Shown piece by piece: positions 11,939 to 25,309 of a stretch of 64,000 nt of DNA (positions are counted from its first letter, which is position 1; the number at the start of each line of letters is the position of its first letter). Location of the stretch: the NCBI GenBank assembly GCA_010015585.1, contig ML975158.1; one strand, written 5' to 3'. The stretch is from Eremomyces bilateralis CBS 781.70. Taxonomy: Eukaryota. Below the pieces are notes generated by a model. It saw nothing but the letters and a program-made list of their open reading frames with translations, was not told where the DNA came from and did not search any database. Position numbers and translations under genes: made by a program.

Positions 11939-14008
11939 TCAAACAATCTCCATACCATAATCAACCTCGTCCGGGTTTAGCCCCTCATATGCTTCTCCTT
12001 CCATCAACCCATCCACCCAAATGTCGCCAACGAGTCGGTACCCATCTCCAACAGGTCGAAGAGTCCAGAGTCTGTCGTCGGAGCCCTGAAGAGTGCAGAT
12101 AACGTCTCTCTCTTGCACTCTGTTCATTCCACTAAAGAGTCTGCCGGATTCAGTGACACCGTATGACCGCCCAACCCATCCCGATAAGTCCCCAAACCAA
12201 CTTCCGACTTCCATATCTTCTTCGCTGACAGGTGCATCTGGGTCTAAAGCAGTGAGCTCCCTAGGATCCAAAAATCTCGCCGCAAGTTCAACTATGACCT
12301 TGCGGTATGTATCGGCTTCGATTGTCTCCAGAAAGGGGCTGATTGAGTTGAAAATACGACGAAAAAGGCACCAGAATCGGAAAACCAACTCTTTTTCGCA
12401 CGTCGACGCTCTGCATGGAACTGGTGACAAGTCCAAGCGAAGAGTAAGTGCACGGCAGAATTTTAGACCAACTTGGAAGGTGATCTCCCCGAAGAGCAAA
12501 ACTTTAGACCAGCTTGAAAGAAGACCGTTGAAAGTTTCAACGTAGTCTCGATCTACGATACCCGCCTCAATGGACTGATGACCGTACGTTAGCGGTGAAC
12601 ACGTAGAGATTTTGTCGATTTCGTGACCTCGAAGGATGAGGACACGGCCTTCAGAATGGAAACGTGGAGGTGTCCTCAATCCCCGGAAGGGATGAGCGAC
12701 GGTCCCTGGCATTGAAAATGGGATACATACGCTCCCCTCATGCAGAAGACGGGGTGTATTCATAGCCCAAGAAGCTTTCTTGGAGTCAGACTCGTTATCC
12801 CATACGCAGACAAATACTAGAACATCTAAGTTCTCCGCCACAATCAGGACCCGAGTCGACGCGGTACGGAAGACCTGACTGGTCTCGTTCTCATAATTCG
12901 GATGGATCCCTAATTGTTCCCTGTCGCTGGAAACGGCCAGGAGAGCGAAGATGCGGTCACGAGGGTCTCGACTTTGAAGTCCATGGTACGTCCACATATT
13001 GTCAATCAAATCCCGGAGCCGAACCGTAGGATCGGTCGTGGACAGGTGAGTATTCGAACAGGCAGCTCCTTGGGTCTCTCTTGATTTTTTTCTGTTCTGC
13101 CACGGGTGGAAGATGGAGTCACTGATGCGATTGGGATCGATCCCTGGTCCGAATCTCTCTAGACATGAGCGGGCCGCAGTCCACACCGGAAGGATTCCAA
13201 TATAAAATAGTATTGACATGGCCGTGGCGGCATCCCAGGAAATCAATCGAGGGCCACGTAGCATGACCAAGTTGGCGTTAAGGAGCCGCTCCTGAGCGAG
13301 CCAAAGCCGGCGAGTCCAGTCCCCATAGGTAAGCGTCACGAGCCATCTCCATCGCCCAAACACAGTTTGCTCATCATCACGTCCTTTTGCTTTGAGGTCA
13401 CTTAACAAATCGTCAGGAACCTGGGAGACGGAAAGTGTAGATCGACTGATATAAATTTCCCTCAAACCCTCAGCTGTAACGAAGGCCTCGTAATTTGGAG
13501 AAAAATGCTCGTCCAATCGTCTGAGGAGTTGAACCCCTTTCTTTTCTTCCTCTTGGTCTCCGGTCGGTCCAACATACGTGATCGCCCTCTCTGCATTCGC
13601 ATAAAATCTCTCCCATCATGGCGACCTGCCCATTCTTTTCGATGCCATCCTGGGCAATGCAGATCTGATCAATCCAAAAACCTTGCTCTTGACCTCTTCC
13701 GCATCCCACAGGTCGTGAAGCGCGTGGTTCAAACTTTCTGTCAACGGGATGTATCCCTGAACCATTCTAGCTGAGTCTCTCACGATAGCGCGATAGGGTT
13801 TCACGTCGCTGCCCCAGACGTAGGAGAGCGCTTGATATCCGCCATCCCTGTGAGTGATTTCTTGAAGGGTGCATTCGACCTCCTCTGAGTCTGCTCTGTG
13901 GAGGTGTAGAACTCGGATCTTGTCGGGTCCCGACAACGACTGGTACGTGTACTTTGAGGGTTCGGCTTCGGTTGGTGGTTCCAGCTTCAATCCTAGAGAA
14001 GATGACAT
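11939..14008 (-). pseudogene. Heterokaryon-incompatibility (HET domain, HET-6-like) gene disrupted by two frameshifts in this assembly
   Basis: HET motifs IRVLHL, YQALSYVWG, (F)WIDQICIAQ, QVAMMGEIY, WTRRLWLAQE, RDPRDRIFALL, YRLVGDIWVDGLMEGE. The WID-containing segment is in a different frame between 13680 and 13603, with an in-frame TGA at 13616-13618. Confidence 0.8.
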
Positions 14009-14641
14009 CGTCTGATCCAAGTGTGATGATTAATAGATGCGTTGGATATTGGTCAAGAGAGTAATAACACGCGGAAAATATTATTCAGATGTGTATATCA
14101 AAAGAACTTCAGTCGAGCGAATGTTCGACCTTGAGAGTTGAGACTGAAGGATGGAGGTTGGTCTTGATATGGTAGTGGCACGAACCATAAACGGCACATT
14201 GGAACCATATAATGCCTCATGGCTTCTACCATTTCAGTTCAACTAAATGATTTATCACTTGCTTTTAGAGGCTAGAGGGTGAATTTATGGCTTTGCAAAC
14301 ATGATTGGCTGATACAATGCACTGATAGTTTAATACTTAAACGCTAATGCTACCAGCAGTTGTGGTTGGTTGAAAAAGCATTTGATAGCACGCTAAGCCT
14401 CTTACTAAGTCATACATCTCCCCTCCAACCCAAACAGAAGGGAACTGGAAGATCCAGCAAATTAAGAATTGCTGGCACCTAGCTTCGTTGCTACGGAAGG
14501 ATAGTCATATACAATGCCTTCCACCCTGATGACCCAAATCAACACACTGAGTTGCTTGCATGCATTAAGTGCTTCATTAGTATGAGTTGTAGATACGTGT
14601 GGTATTCCGTCCAATATTCTTAACTCGCTCCTGTTGCTTTG

Positions 14642-16473
14642 TTACTCAGAATCAGATTCTTCCCCAGAACCCCGTCTCTGCTGCTCGATGTCTCCCTCCT
14701 CCTCATCGCTCATCATCTCCTCATAAACCTCCTCATTCATGTCCCTCGACTGCAAAGTCTCCGGATCAACATTGCGGTGCGCATGTGCCACCGCCCCCTG
14801 TTCTCGAACCGTAGCTGGCACCTTGCTAATCGTCGTCGCCAACCCACGGATGCGTGCCGCAAGGTACGCCTGCTTCTCGGTGACGCTCACGGGAAGCTGG
14901 GTTTGCACCAAGGTGCTATCGTCGATGCGGGCCGGCCAGTCGAGGAAGGGGGTGTAGATCTTGTCGTCCGGCGGCTTGCCCACCAGGATCGTGTCGATCT
15001 TATCGCGCATGATCGCGCGGACGACGGCGATGGTGCCGTTCTGGTAGAAGCCTCCGGCGTTGAGATCGGGGGTTTCAAGGATGGGGGCGGTGTCGAGAAT
15101 TTTGCGGAGTAGGGGGTCGGTGATGTCGCAGAGTTGCCACCGCTTACCGGTGAGGGACACGGTCTTGCCGTCGAATTGATGCGTGGTTCGGTCATCTTCG
15201 TTGGGTTTCTGAGCGGCTGGTCCAGGTCGTGCGCCTTGCCATGGCCAGCTTACGCCGGTGCCTTCTGGGTTGATGTCCTTGGAATTGAAGGTGAATCCAA
15301 TGCTTTGGTATATCCGGTACTTCGGATCCTTTCTTGGGTCCAGTCCGAACTTGATTAGAGAATCTTTCCACGGCCCCGCTTTGAAGACATATCCGAGATA
15401 CGCCCAGGCATATCGTTGGAAGTATCCTGCGTCTTGGTCGATCATATTCAACGCGACTCTCCTCGAAATGATGGGTCGCTCTTCGAGTGCGGAACGAAGG
15501 TCATCAATGGACTGCCTTAGGAAAGGATGAAGCGTATCCTCCGGGGGTAGCGGATTGGGAGATGAAAGCGGGACATGCTCAGCATTCAACGGTACAACAT
15601 GGGTGATATATCCTCGGAATGCCTGCAGGTTGATTGTGACTCTTCGTCCCGACGGATCCATGAACGAGTGCAACTCGGGGTTCTGCTCGTATCCGTAGTT
15701 GAAGTTGTTCATCATCTGGCTGAATGCAGGCGGGGGTCCCACTACGTCTGTCTCAGGAAGAGAGCCGACTTCGATGTCAGGATTGAAGCTTTTGACTTTG
15801 GCATATGAGAAGGTAAGGAGGCTGTCTTTAATCTTCCGCATCACACTGTCGGTATTGGACGCATATTGGAAGTCAGGGAGGTCTGGTACATATCAGCAAC
15901 GAAACTTTCAGCCTTGTGTAGATAGCACATACGGCGAAATCGATGGGTTTCTCGGATTGCCCCCATGCATTTGATTTCAGTAGACTCTGGATTATCTTGC
16001 ATGCTTCGCAGCATGTCTTTGACCGGATTATTAGCGGATTGAGAATGGACAACGGATTTTGTATCGGCATCCTGGAACGCATATGGCTCCGAGCTCCCTC
16101 GTCTGCGCTTACGCCCCGTTCTCTTGGGCACAGTGATCCGGAGTAACATGTCCTTGGTAGGCACTGCACGGGACAAATGAGGCTTTGCCAGAGGGTCGTC
16201 TGGTCGAAGACTGGCCCCGATGATTTTTCGAGTGCTTTCTTCATGAAGGAACTAGATGACTAGTTAGCTCCATGTATTCCCTAGTCTGCATTGCTCAAAG
16301 CCCACCTTCTCCAGAGCAGGCTCTCCACCTAACGATCTAATAGCCTTGTCCACATCTTTCACCACACATGGATGCTCGATGCAGATTACAGGTTTTTCGG
16401 TGACCTGGAAAAGGGGTGCTTCGCCGTCTTTCGAAACTCCTTTGACTGACCCTGAGTCCAACGATGCTGACAT
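14642..16473 (-). CDS. TFC1: RNA polymerase III transcription factor IIIC subunit tau95 (Tfc1/Sfc1), 3 exons
   Basis: IEHPCVVKDVDKAIRSLGG; LLRITVPKRTGRKRRRGS; THRFR/LPDFQY; LEERPIISRR; GYVFKAGPWKDSLIKFGLDPRKDPKYRIYQ; WQLCDITDP. Confidence 0.92.
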
Positions 16474-17512
16474 TATAAAGGATTATTATTCTGGAATAGC
16501 AGAACTTGATATAAAGGAGCTGAAGAGGAGGTCTAGAGTTCTTGTTATAGTCCACTCTTGCCCCTGGTCTGCAACTCTGGGGTGGGACTGACGTTCAACT
16601 TCTAACTTGCTATAACGATCTTCGACCAATTGACGGCTGCCATTAGCTCCTGTTGTTTCTGGGAATTACTGGTATATTCCTAGCACAACCTGCAGGTCTG
16701 TTTCTTTTATTCTTATGTATGTATTAGTTTCTACGTGACTTTGTACATCCCCAACTCCATGTGGCTAGTTTCTAATGAGATGTGGATGTGGGCTGCGGAT
16801 ATGGTCTGTGCACATCGTCACAACATTGAATCATTGATGATTGATTATTTGATAACATGACCGAATTTACGCCTCATCGCCTTACAGCCTTACACCTCTG
16901 GTGACCCCAATCTCTAGGTGACAACTCTACGTATAACGTATGGCATCACTCAGTGAAGCCTCTCTTGCTCCTCTTCTCCTTTGACTGTAATGTGTGTTGC
17001 CTCCCAATATTAGCTTCAGCTTCCTCCCACCACCAATCCAGTCGATCCTACAACAGATCTCCTGCAACACCTTTCCACCAATACGCGAGAACCTGCATCT
17101 CAGCAGACCGGGGTGACCCTCTCATTCCTATTGGCGCCAAACGTTGACAGCCTGTTTCGCGTGGTCCTGCATCTTCTCCCCTCCTCGTCCTCTATTCTCG
17201 ACTGCACAGCTTCGATTACCGACCCTCCTTTCGATCTCAGCGGGCGCATGGCGATTTGACATTGGCCTCGATGCCCTACAGATCCCGAAATCAATGATCG
17301 TTTTAGCCTGAGATTGATCCCGCCTCTCTCCACATCATAAGGAGAACCCCGTTTCGACTACGAGCCCCATGTTCGCGTGATACGAGACAGCTATCCAAAT
17401 TCATCCGCTCCTCGTCGGTCCGTCCTTGACGCAGTATTCATAGCTTGTCCACGAGACCTCCCAAGCTTCCCCTTTGTCCGGGAGTTGAAGCTCCCCGCGC
17501 CCAGTCGCAGTC

Positions 17513-19911
17513 ATGAAGGGGTTTCGGCAGCGAGTTGTAAGTAGTTCCGCTACCCGCACCCACAAGCTTGGACATGAGTATTGGCCCGGATCTATGTCCC
17601 GTCGTATAGCTAGGTTTTTGGAGCGCGCATACTGAACAGCCCTGACAGCATGAGCAGCTTTCTAGAGCCAAAGACTCAAACCGGTCGTCCAAGAAGAAGG
17701 ATTCGTCCGGAACGGCTTCCCCTTCTCAGGGCGGGTCGTCCAACTCCCCCGCGAACTCCGCCCACGCAACGCCGACCTCATCCACCACCCAATTGATTGA
17801 TTCGCGTAATAAGCCTCTCCCGGGCGGCGACGCTCCACCGGGAGCGACCAGTCATTCTACACCAGCTCCCCCAACACAAGGGTTGCCGAATTCGCTTAAT
17901 CCCGGACAATCATTCAGTGCACCGCAGCAGAGTGCGGCGGGTGTAGGGGGGTCGCCCGGAGGTGGATCAGGTCCTGGGACGCCGCACCGTCCGAATGTAC
18001 CAATAACCCCAAGCGTGATCATTAGCCCAAGTGCTCCGGTATGTTGATAATATCTGGCCTTGGTGGACACGGCTGCTAACGGTCATTCGCAGCATATCCC
18101 TCCCCCTGGATCAGCGGAAACGATGCCGACTGATCTTGCTCCACCCAAGGCGGGCCAGAAGTCGTTGCTGTTCGACCGTCTACAGACCACACCAAAGGAT
18201 GTCCCGGAAGGGATCCGGACTCCTAAACGACAGCACTCCTCTCGTTTCGATGTGTCCGACCAACGACAGAGAGAGCTAGAAAAGCTCCCGGGGTTCCATG
18301 AAGTCCCCCCCAACCGACGACAGGAGCTGTTCATGCAGAAGATCGACCAGTGCAACATCATATTCGACTTCAACGACCCGAGCGCGGACATGAAGTCGAA
18401 AGAGATCAAGCGATTGGCTCTTCATGAGCTCCTGGACTATGTTGCCAATAACAGACAAGTGATCACGGAGCCGATGTATCCTCGAGTCGTGGAGATGTTC
18501 TCAAAGAACCTATTTCGACCGATTCCACCGCCAGTCAATCCACAAGGGGATGCGTTCGATCCGGAGGAAGATGAGCCGGTGCTTGAGGTTGCGTGGCCGC
18601 ATATTCAAGTGGTTTATGAGTTCTTCCTCCGATTTATCGAGAGCCAGGATTTCAACACGAACATTGCGAAGCAGTACATTGATCACAGCTTCGTTTTACA
18701 GGTATGTGCGACTGGATTGTTGAAGTACATACGGTGCTAACATGTCATCTAGCTCCTCGAACTGTTCGACTCGGAAGATCCTAGAGAACGAGATTTCCTC
18801 AAGACGACATTACACAGAATATACGGCAAATTCCTCAACCTCCGATCGTATATACGGCGGTCCATCAACAACGTCTTCTTCCAGTTCATCTACGAAACTG
18901 AGCGGTTCAACGGGATCGCGGAGTTGCTCGAGATTTTGGGGTCGATCATCAACGGCTTTGCTCTCCCGCTGAAGGAAGAGCACAAACTGTTCTTGACGAG
19001 AGTCTTACTGCCGATGCACAAAGTCAAGAGCTTGAGCATGTATCATCCACAGCTGGCTTACTGCATCGTGCAGTTCTTGGAGAAGGATGCCGTGCTCACT
19101 GACGAGGTATATATGCTCCCCAATTATAACAGGACCCATACTCATCACATTGATAGGTGGTTTTGGGGCTGCTGCGGTACTGGCCGAAGACCAATAGCAC
19201 GAAAGAGGTGATGTATCTCAATGAAGTCGAAGACATCTTTGAGGTTATGGATCCAGCGGAATTTGTCAAGGTGCAAGAGCCGCTGTTCACACAGTTGGCC
19301 AAGTCCGTGGCCAGTCCTCACTTCCAGGTGTGTATGCATATATCCGAATTCCGAACTCCAACTGATCCGTGGTTAGGTTGCCGAGCGGGCTCTTTACTTC
19401 TGGAACAACGAGTATTTCTGCAACCTCGTCAGCGACAACATCGAAGTTATCCTTCCCATCATGTTCGCCCCTCTCTACGAGAACTCCAAGGGCCACTGGA
19501 ACAGGTCAGTATCTGTCCCCCACCCCTGTCGTCCCTCGCTCACCCCGTCCCAGAACCATCCACGGCATGGTCTACAACGCCATGAAGCTGTTCATGGAAG
19601 TCAACCCCCAACTCTTCGACGACTGCTCGCACGAATACGCCGAGCAACAACTCCACGCCGACGAGACGGAGAAAGCCCGCCAATCGAAATGGGACGCGCT
19701 GGCCGACCTCGCCAAGGCGCGGCAGAACGGGCGGGTGGAGGCCCGGCTGCTGCCGTCCACGACGTCACAAGGGGGCAAGGGTTCGTCGCGAGGAGCCGAC
19801 GACGCCGATCCGTTGAGCCAGGATAGTCAGAAGCGCTTGGAGGCGCTGCGGTTGCAGGATGATGGGGTGAATGGGCGGGAGCGGCGGGCGAAGGAGGGCT
19901 CGGTGCGTTGA
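17513..19911 (+). CDS. RTS1: Protein phosphatase 2A regulatory B' (B56) subunit, multi-exon
   Basis: Exon 1 MKGFRQRV then GTAAGT. B56 domain: [70 protein letters not shown]. Confidence 0.96.
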
Positions 19912-22130
19912 CTTGCGTGCGAAGTCATCGTCGGGATTGAAACCCTCCCTCACTCCCTCTCTCCCTACACACTTGTGGCATTCAACCCAACCTATACATA
20001 GACTTGCTTCTTCTTTTCCCCCTTCCTCCCTTCTTTCGCTTCTTTTTCCTTCTTTGGGCCAGGCGTGGACTGTTGTTTTTCTGAAATTTTTGGCGTTTTG
20101 CTCCAGGTCTCGCGTTCCGAGGCATCCACCACCACGTCGGATGAGGCGCAGGGTCCACCGCAACTACAGGACCGCACACCGCGTCGACCGCGCGGCAATC
20201 GTCGTCCGAACTCCTCGGCGGGTGGGACGGCGGGGGTGCAAGTTCGTGGCCATTCGAGCGGCAGAGTCCCGCGTGGGGGACGGGATGGGATGTGGAACTT
20301 GACGGGGTGTAATGTTGTTTTTAACAAAAGATGAATACGTACGTTGTTGTGTTTCCGACGGGAGCGCGCACATGTGGCTTTGCTATGACGAGTGGGAAGA
20401 CATGATGTTTTTTTTCTTTCAATCCGGGCGAAAATTGAACATTCTTGCTGCTGGTTCGATGCGTGGTTTCGGGGGACGGTCCTGTGCTGTGCTGTGCTGT
20501 CCTGTTCCGCCCCCTTTTTGGGTTTTCGCTTTCGCTTTCGCGTTTTGGGGTCTGGGTCGATGGGGTAAGAAGGAAAGGTGACAGAGTGGAACCCCCCTTA
20601 CCAACGTGCAGCGAAGATAATGATGTTCGAGTATCTCCCCCTTCTTCCCTAATGATCCACGGAAAAGGGAGGACGGACAGCGCGACACGGAGAGGACTTG
20701 TGGATGGGGAACGGACGGATGGACGGATGGACGGATGCTGGTTATGGAAATTCACTGTTCTTGAATAGTGCGATAGACTGTCCCGGGGATTCTGTTTTGT
20801 GGTGGTTGTTCGGAAATCCGAGATGTATCTTAACTTCTTTCAAGCCTCCTTGTTTCTTTCGGTTGTTTCGCTTCTATCTTCGCCCTTTTTATAAAAGTCC
20901 CCGCCAACTGGGTGGGCACGGTAGTCAGCCAGCCAGACAGTTGCAGATTCCCTGGAGGAGCAGAAGGACATGGTTCAATCACTTCAATGATAGATCTGAG
21001 CGGTTTCTGGATGTGGACGAGAGTAGTGATATTGTGTGCTGATATACTGTATCTCATGAAACCCTTCCCGCAGCCATTGACCACTGTATATTACCCAACA
21101 TCTCAACCACATTCAAGTCATATGTAGCAACGTAGCACGGAGTTGGTGATAGGTATATTATCAAGGCATCCAGACTTCCAGAGCAATAATTTGCCATATA
21201 CTTGGCACTTTCACGTGCTTGGGATTAACCATGATGGGATGTTGATTTCCCAGACATGCTATTGGCTGGAGCAGGTAGGGGCAGCAAATTGGACTCGGGG
21301 CAGTGGTTGGTTGGTCTGGTACGCCACTCTAGATTAAGTTAGTAATTACGGACGGATCCTACATTGGACTAGTTAGGTAGGTGGTTGAGCTAACTAATAA
21401 TTACGTGGATGGTCCATGAAATTGAACAAACAAGCTGAGAGCAATGGATGTCGGCGGAAAGGGGGAGGATACGACAACCCCTTGACGGCTATGAGTTGAG
21501 ACTTTGCACATTGTTATTCGGTACAATGATAATGATAAGAAGAGGGATATAGGAATATATAAATAGGAAGAACAAGACAAGGCACCTTGACGGATCACTG
21601 AGCAAAAATGTCTCCTTATTAATTTTTTAGTCCCAACAGCGAACCACCCGTGACCCTCCCGTTCCATAGACCATCATCGCTCCGTCCTCCCTCACTACCT
21701 TCCTAATTTTTAAGTGCAGCCCCAGCAGTGAGCACTTGAGTCTTGACCTGCCATTGTTGACCCGCGTTCTCTTCTTCTTCTTTCTCCATCGTCGGTTTCT
21801 TTCTGGAACCGCTTCTTTACTTAGGCTACATTACTACTTCCTATTTCAAGTCACTCCTTTGCCCTTTTCTTCCTCCCCCCATTTTCGCTGCCGCGCGCCC
21901 CGACTCGCCGCATCTGGGACCGCCATCTTCTACCATCATCTATCGGGAATCTCATCCATCACGACGACAACACGCATAATCGGGTGCCGCCAATCTCGCC
22001 GATCCGCCCTCCTGCAACCCCCTTCACTTTCTCCTCGACGCCTATTCGCCCCGTTCCTCCTGCGAGACTCCCACCCGTCCCCCACCGCGTGCATCGGATC
22101 TGATTCCCACCCCATCCACCCGCCGCCGCC

Positions 22131-23339
22131 ATGCAGCAACCCTCATGGCTCGACGTCGGCGTCCCCACGCTCGAGCGCCCGTTCGGCCTCAAACTCTGGC
22201 CGCTCTTCGAGCTCGCCTTCGAGACCGTAGTGGGATACAAGCCGCAGGACTTCCGGTTCGTGGAAGGCGCCACACTGATGTCGACGGTGCCGGCCACGGC
22301 GGGCGTGCTCATCACGTACTACATCATCATCTTCGGGGGCCGCGAGCTGATGAAGAGCCGCGCGCCGTTCCAGCTCAACGGGCTGTTTAAGATCCATAAC
22401 TTCTACCTCACGGCCATCAGTGGGATTTTGTTGGCATTGTTTACGGAGCAGTTGATTCCCGAATTGGCGAGGAATAGCCTGTTTCATGCGATTTGCTCCC
22501 ATGAGGGGGGGTGGACGGATAAGCTGGTGATTCTATATTACGTAGGTGGCATGGATGCGGCTGGGAGGGTTGGACCGGACTGACGCGAGACAGTTGAACT
22601 ATCTGACCAAGTACCTCGAACTTATCGATACCGTTTTCCTCTTCCTGAAGAAGAAGCCTCTTAGTACGTCGTCGACATGTTGTCTCAAACGGTTCTAACC
22701 TATGTATAGCCTTCCTTCACACCTACCACCATGGTGCCACCGCTGCTCTCTGCTTCTCCCAACTGCTCGGCCACACCCCCGTCTCATGGCCCGTAATTAC
22801 TCTGAATCTCATGGTCCACGTGGTCATGTACTGGTACTACTTCCAAAGCGCGCGAGGCATCCGAATCTGGTGGAAGAAGTACATCACCATCATGCAGATC
22901 TCCCAATTCGTTATCGATCTCGGTAGGACAAACTCCCACCCTCCCCCCACACCATACTGACCGTCTTCCAGGCTTCGTCTACTTCGCCTCGTACACCTAT
23001 TTCACCTCGACCTACTGGCCCTGGCTCCCCAACGCCGGCAACTGCGCCGGCGAGGAATTCGCCGCTATCTCCGGCATGGCCATCCTCAGCTCGTACCTCC
23101 TCCTCTTCATCTCGTTCTACCTCGCGACCTACAAGTCGACGGGCGGCAAGGGGCGCCCGCGGTCGCGCAGTGTGCGTGCGCTGGTGGAGATGAAGGACGA
23201 GCAAGTGCCCACCGTCGGTGAGGCGAGGCGGCGGCTGAGTCACGGGTCGTCGGTGTCGAGCACTGGGGCTAACAGGAACGCAGTTGCGACCGGGTCGGCG
23301 AAGTCGAACGGGTACGCGACGCGGTCGAGGAAGGCGTAG
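22131..23339 (+). CDS. Fatty acid elongase (GNS1/SUR4/ELO family), 4 exons
   Basis: [41 protein letters not shown] histidine box; [19 protein letters not shown]; basic C-terminus TRSRKA. Confidence 0.95.
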
Positions 23340-24128
23340 GGTCGTCGAGCGGGACGACGAGGCGGCATGGATTTCGCGGGCCGACGGTGCGGCAGTTGGG
23401 ATTCTTCGGAGTAGGAGGTCGTCCGAAGGGTTCGGAGGTTGGTGGATGAGGGTGGGACGAATTCCTCGAGTGGCCGAACCGCGTGCATCGGAGCGGTGGC
23501 AGTTGGTATGGAGATGGAGAGGGGAGGGACCGGAGCGTCAGAGAGGCAGAGGAGGCTCCACTTCGATGGACATTGGACACCTGGACATTGCCGACGCGCT
23601 TCGGATTCCCTGGGACATGACATTTTCACCATTCTACACCTGTAGCTTTCCGCACCTTTGTCATTGGTCTTGGTACGCGCATCACACCATGAACGGGGGA
23701 CCTCGCTTGGTCAGCCCGTTGGCATGTATTATATTACTTCCTTATTCCTCCACGAGAAACCAAAACCAAATACCGAGTAATGTTAATTCGAGACGCAGCT
23801 GGATGGTAATTGATTGATTGGATACATCCAAAGCTCTGAAGCAATTTCAGCTTTGCATCGAAGACATCATGGATCTTCCTGTAATTTACCCGCCGTATCA
23901 AGAACCCAAGCTCAGACCAATCAGAGCCCCTCTCTAACCTTACATAATCCCCTTTCCCCCAAACCCAACCCGGCAAGTCACGCCAACGTAACCTGATCCC
24001 GAATTCCACCCAACAACCTCACCTCTTAGCAAAGCTCTTCCATACCACGACACAGCTCCCCTTCACCCCATCTCACTTTCCCAACTCATCACCCCCCCCA
24101 ACCCACGAAACCCATCTCGACCCCCGAC

Positions 24129-24892
24129 ATGACTCCCCTCGCCCTGCTGCGCGCGTCCGCTCGCACCACCGCATGCCGATCGACGCTCGTGCGATCCGCC
24201 TGGAGCGCCGGGAGCGTGGCGCCGAGGAAGGCGGGCGTGGCAGCGTTCAGCGTGAGCGCGCGGAAGGCAAGCGAGCATAAGGAGGAGACGTTTGAGGAGT
24301 TTACTGCGAGGTAGGTGGGATCTTGGGTGTTGGTGGGCGGCGGCAATGGATGGCCTCGGTTTTTTGTTCCGGGCGGGACAGGAGGACCGAGGAGGGTCGA
24401 ATTGGATGAATTGGATTGAATGGATGCTGATGTGAGAGGTGGATAGGTACGAGAAGGAGTTCGAGGGTGTGCAGGATGTGTTTGAGCTTCAGGTGAGTTG
24501 GGTTCCTTCTCTGCGTGCCATCTATTGAGCGGCAATGGGTGGTTCTCTTTTCTGTCGACAACGGTCCATTGACAGTGACCGCCAGCGCAACCTGAACAAC
24601 GCCTTCGCCTACGACCTCGTCCCCTCCCCCTCCGTCATCACCGCTGCGTTGCAGGCGGCTCGCAGGCTGAATGACTTCCCGACGGCCGTGAGAATTTTCG
24701 AAGGTGAGTCAATGTTATATCAGATATTTGGTTGTTCCCTGGTTGAGTACCCCTGCTGACGCATCGTCTCGTTCTCTAGGCGTCAAGTCGAAGGTCGAGA
24801 ACAAGGGCCAGTACGAGGAGTATCTGAAGGAGTTGGAGCCGCTGCGGGAGGAGCTGGGCGTCGTGCTGAAGGAGGGCTTGTACCCGGAGTAG
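24129..24892 (+). CDS. COX6: Cytochrome c oxidase subunit Va (yeast Cox6), mitochondrial precursor, 4 exons
   Basis: Arg/Ser-rich presequence followed by EETFEEFTAR/YEKEFEGVQDVFELQ/RNLNNAFAYDLVPSPSVITAALQAARRLNDFPTAVRIFEG/VKSKVENKGQYEEYL. Confidence 0.96.
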
Positions 24893-25309
24893 AAGAGTTC
24901 GGCCCTACTCATGGATGCATCGCAGCGAATAGATATTCCTTTTCAAACATATGAAGGTCATGGATGAGAGGTTATAGAAAGGCGAGGAATTGGTGGCTGG
25001 TGAGAAGACGGGTGTCCAGCTTGTAGTAACTGTACAGAATTTGAAGTTTTGCGTCTCATTATCAATCGCATTTGGTGGTTCTGCTGTCTTGAGTCTTGAT
25101 TGTGATGAAGATGATGTCGCTCGTCCCTATCCCAAGGGATCCGCTGAAATGACTTTTACTGATTGATCAACCTAGGGTTACATGGATGAAAGCACCCCTC
25201 GCCATTCCAAATGCCACCAATCTGTACATGGAGTTGCACCCGCGCCATTTCGCCAGACCATGAATGGTATCCCAACTGAAGTCGTGTATGTAATAAACCC
25301 ACCCGTCAA

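Noticed and set aside
20480..20740. Short tandem repeats (GCTGT)n, (TTCGCT)n, (GGAC/GGAT)n
   Set aside because: Ordinary 3'-flank microsatellites; no spacer structure, not CRISPR.
20890..20905. AAAAGTCCCC resembling RNase MRP CR-I
   Set aside because: No complementary GGGGCTT CR-V motif downstream.
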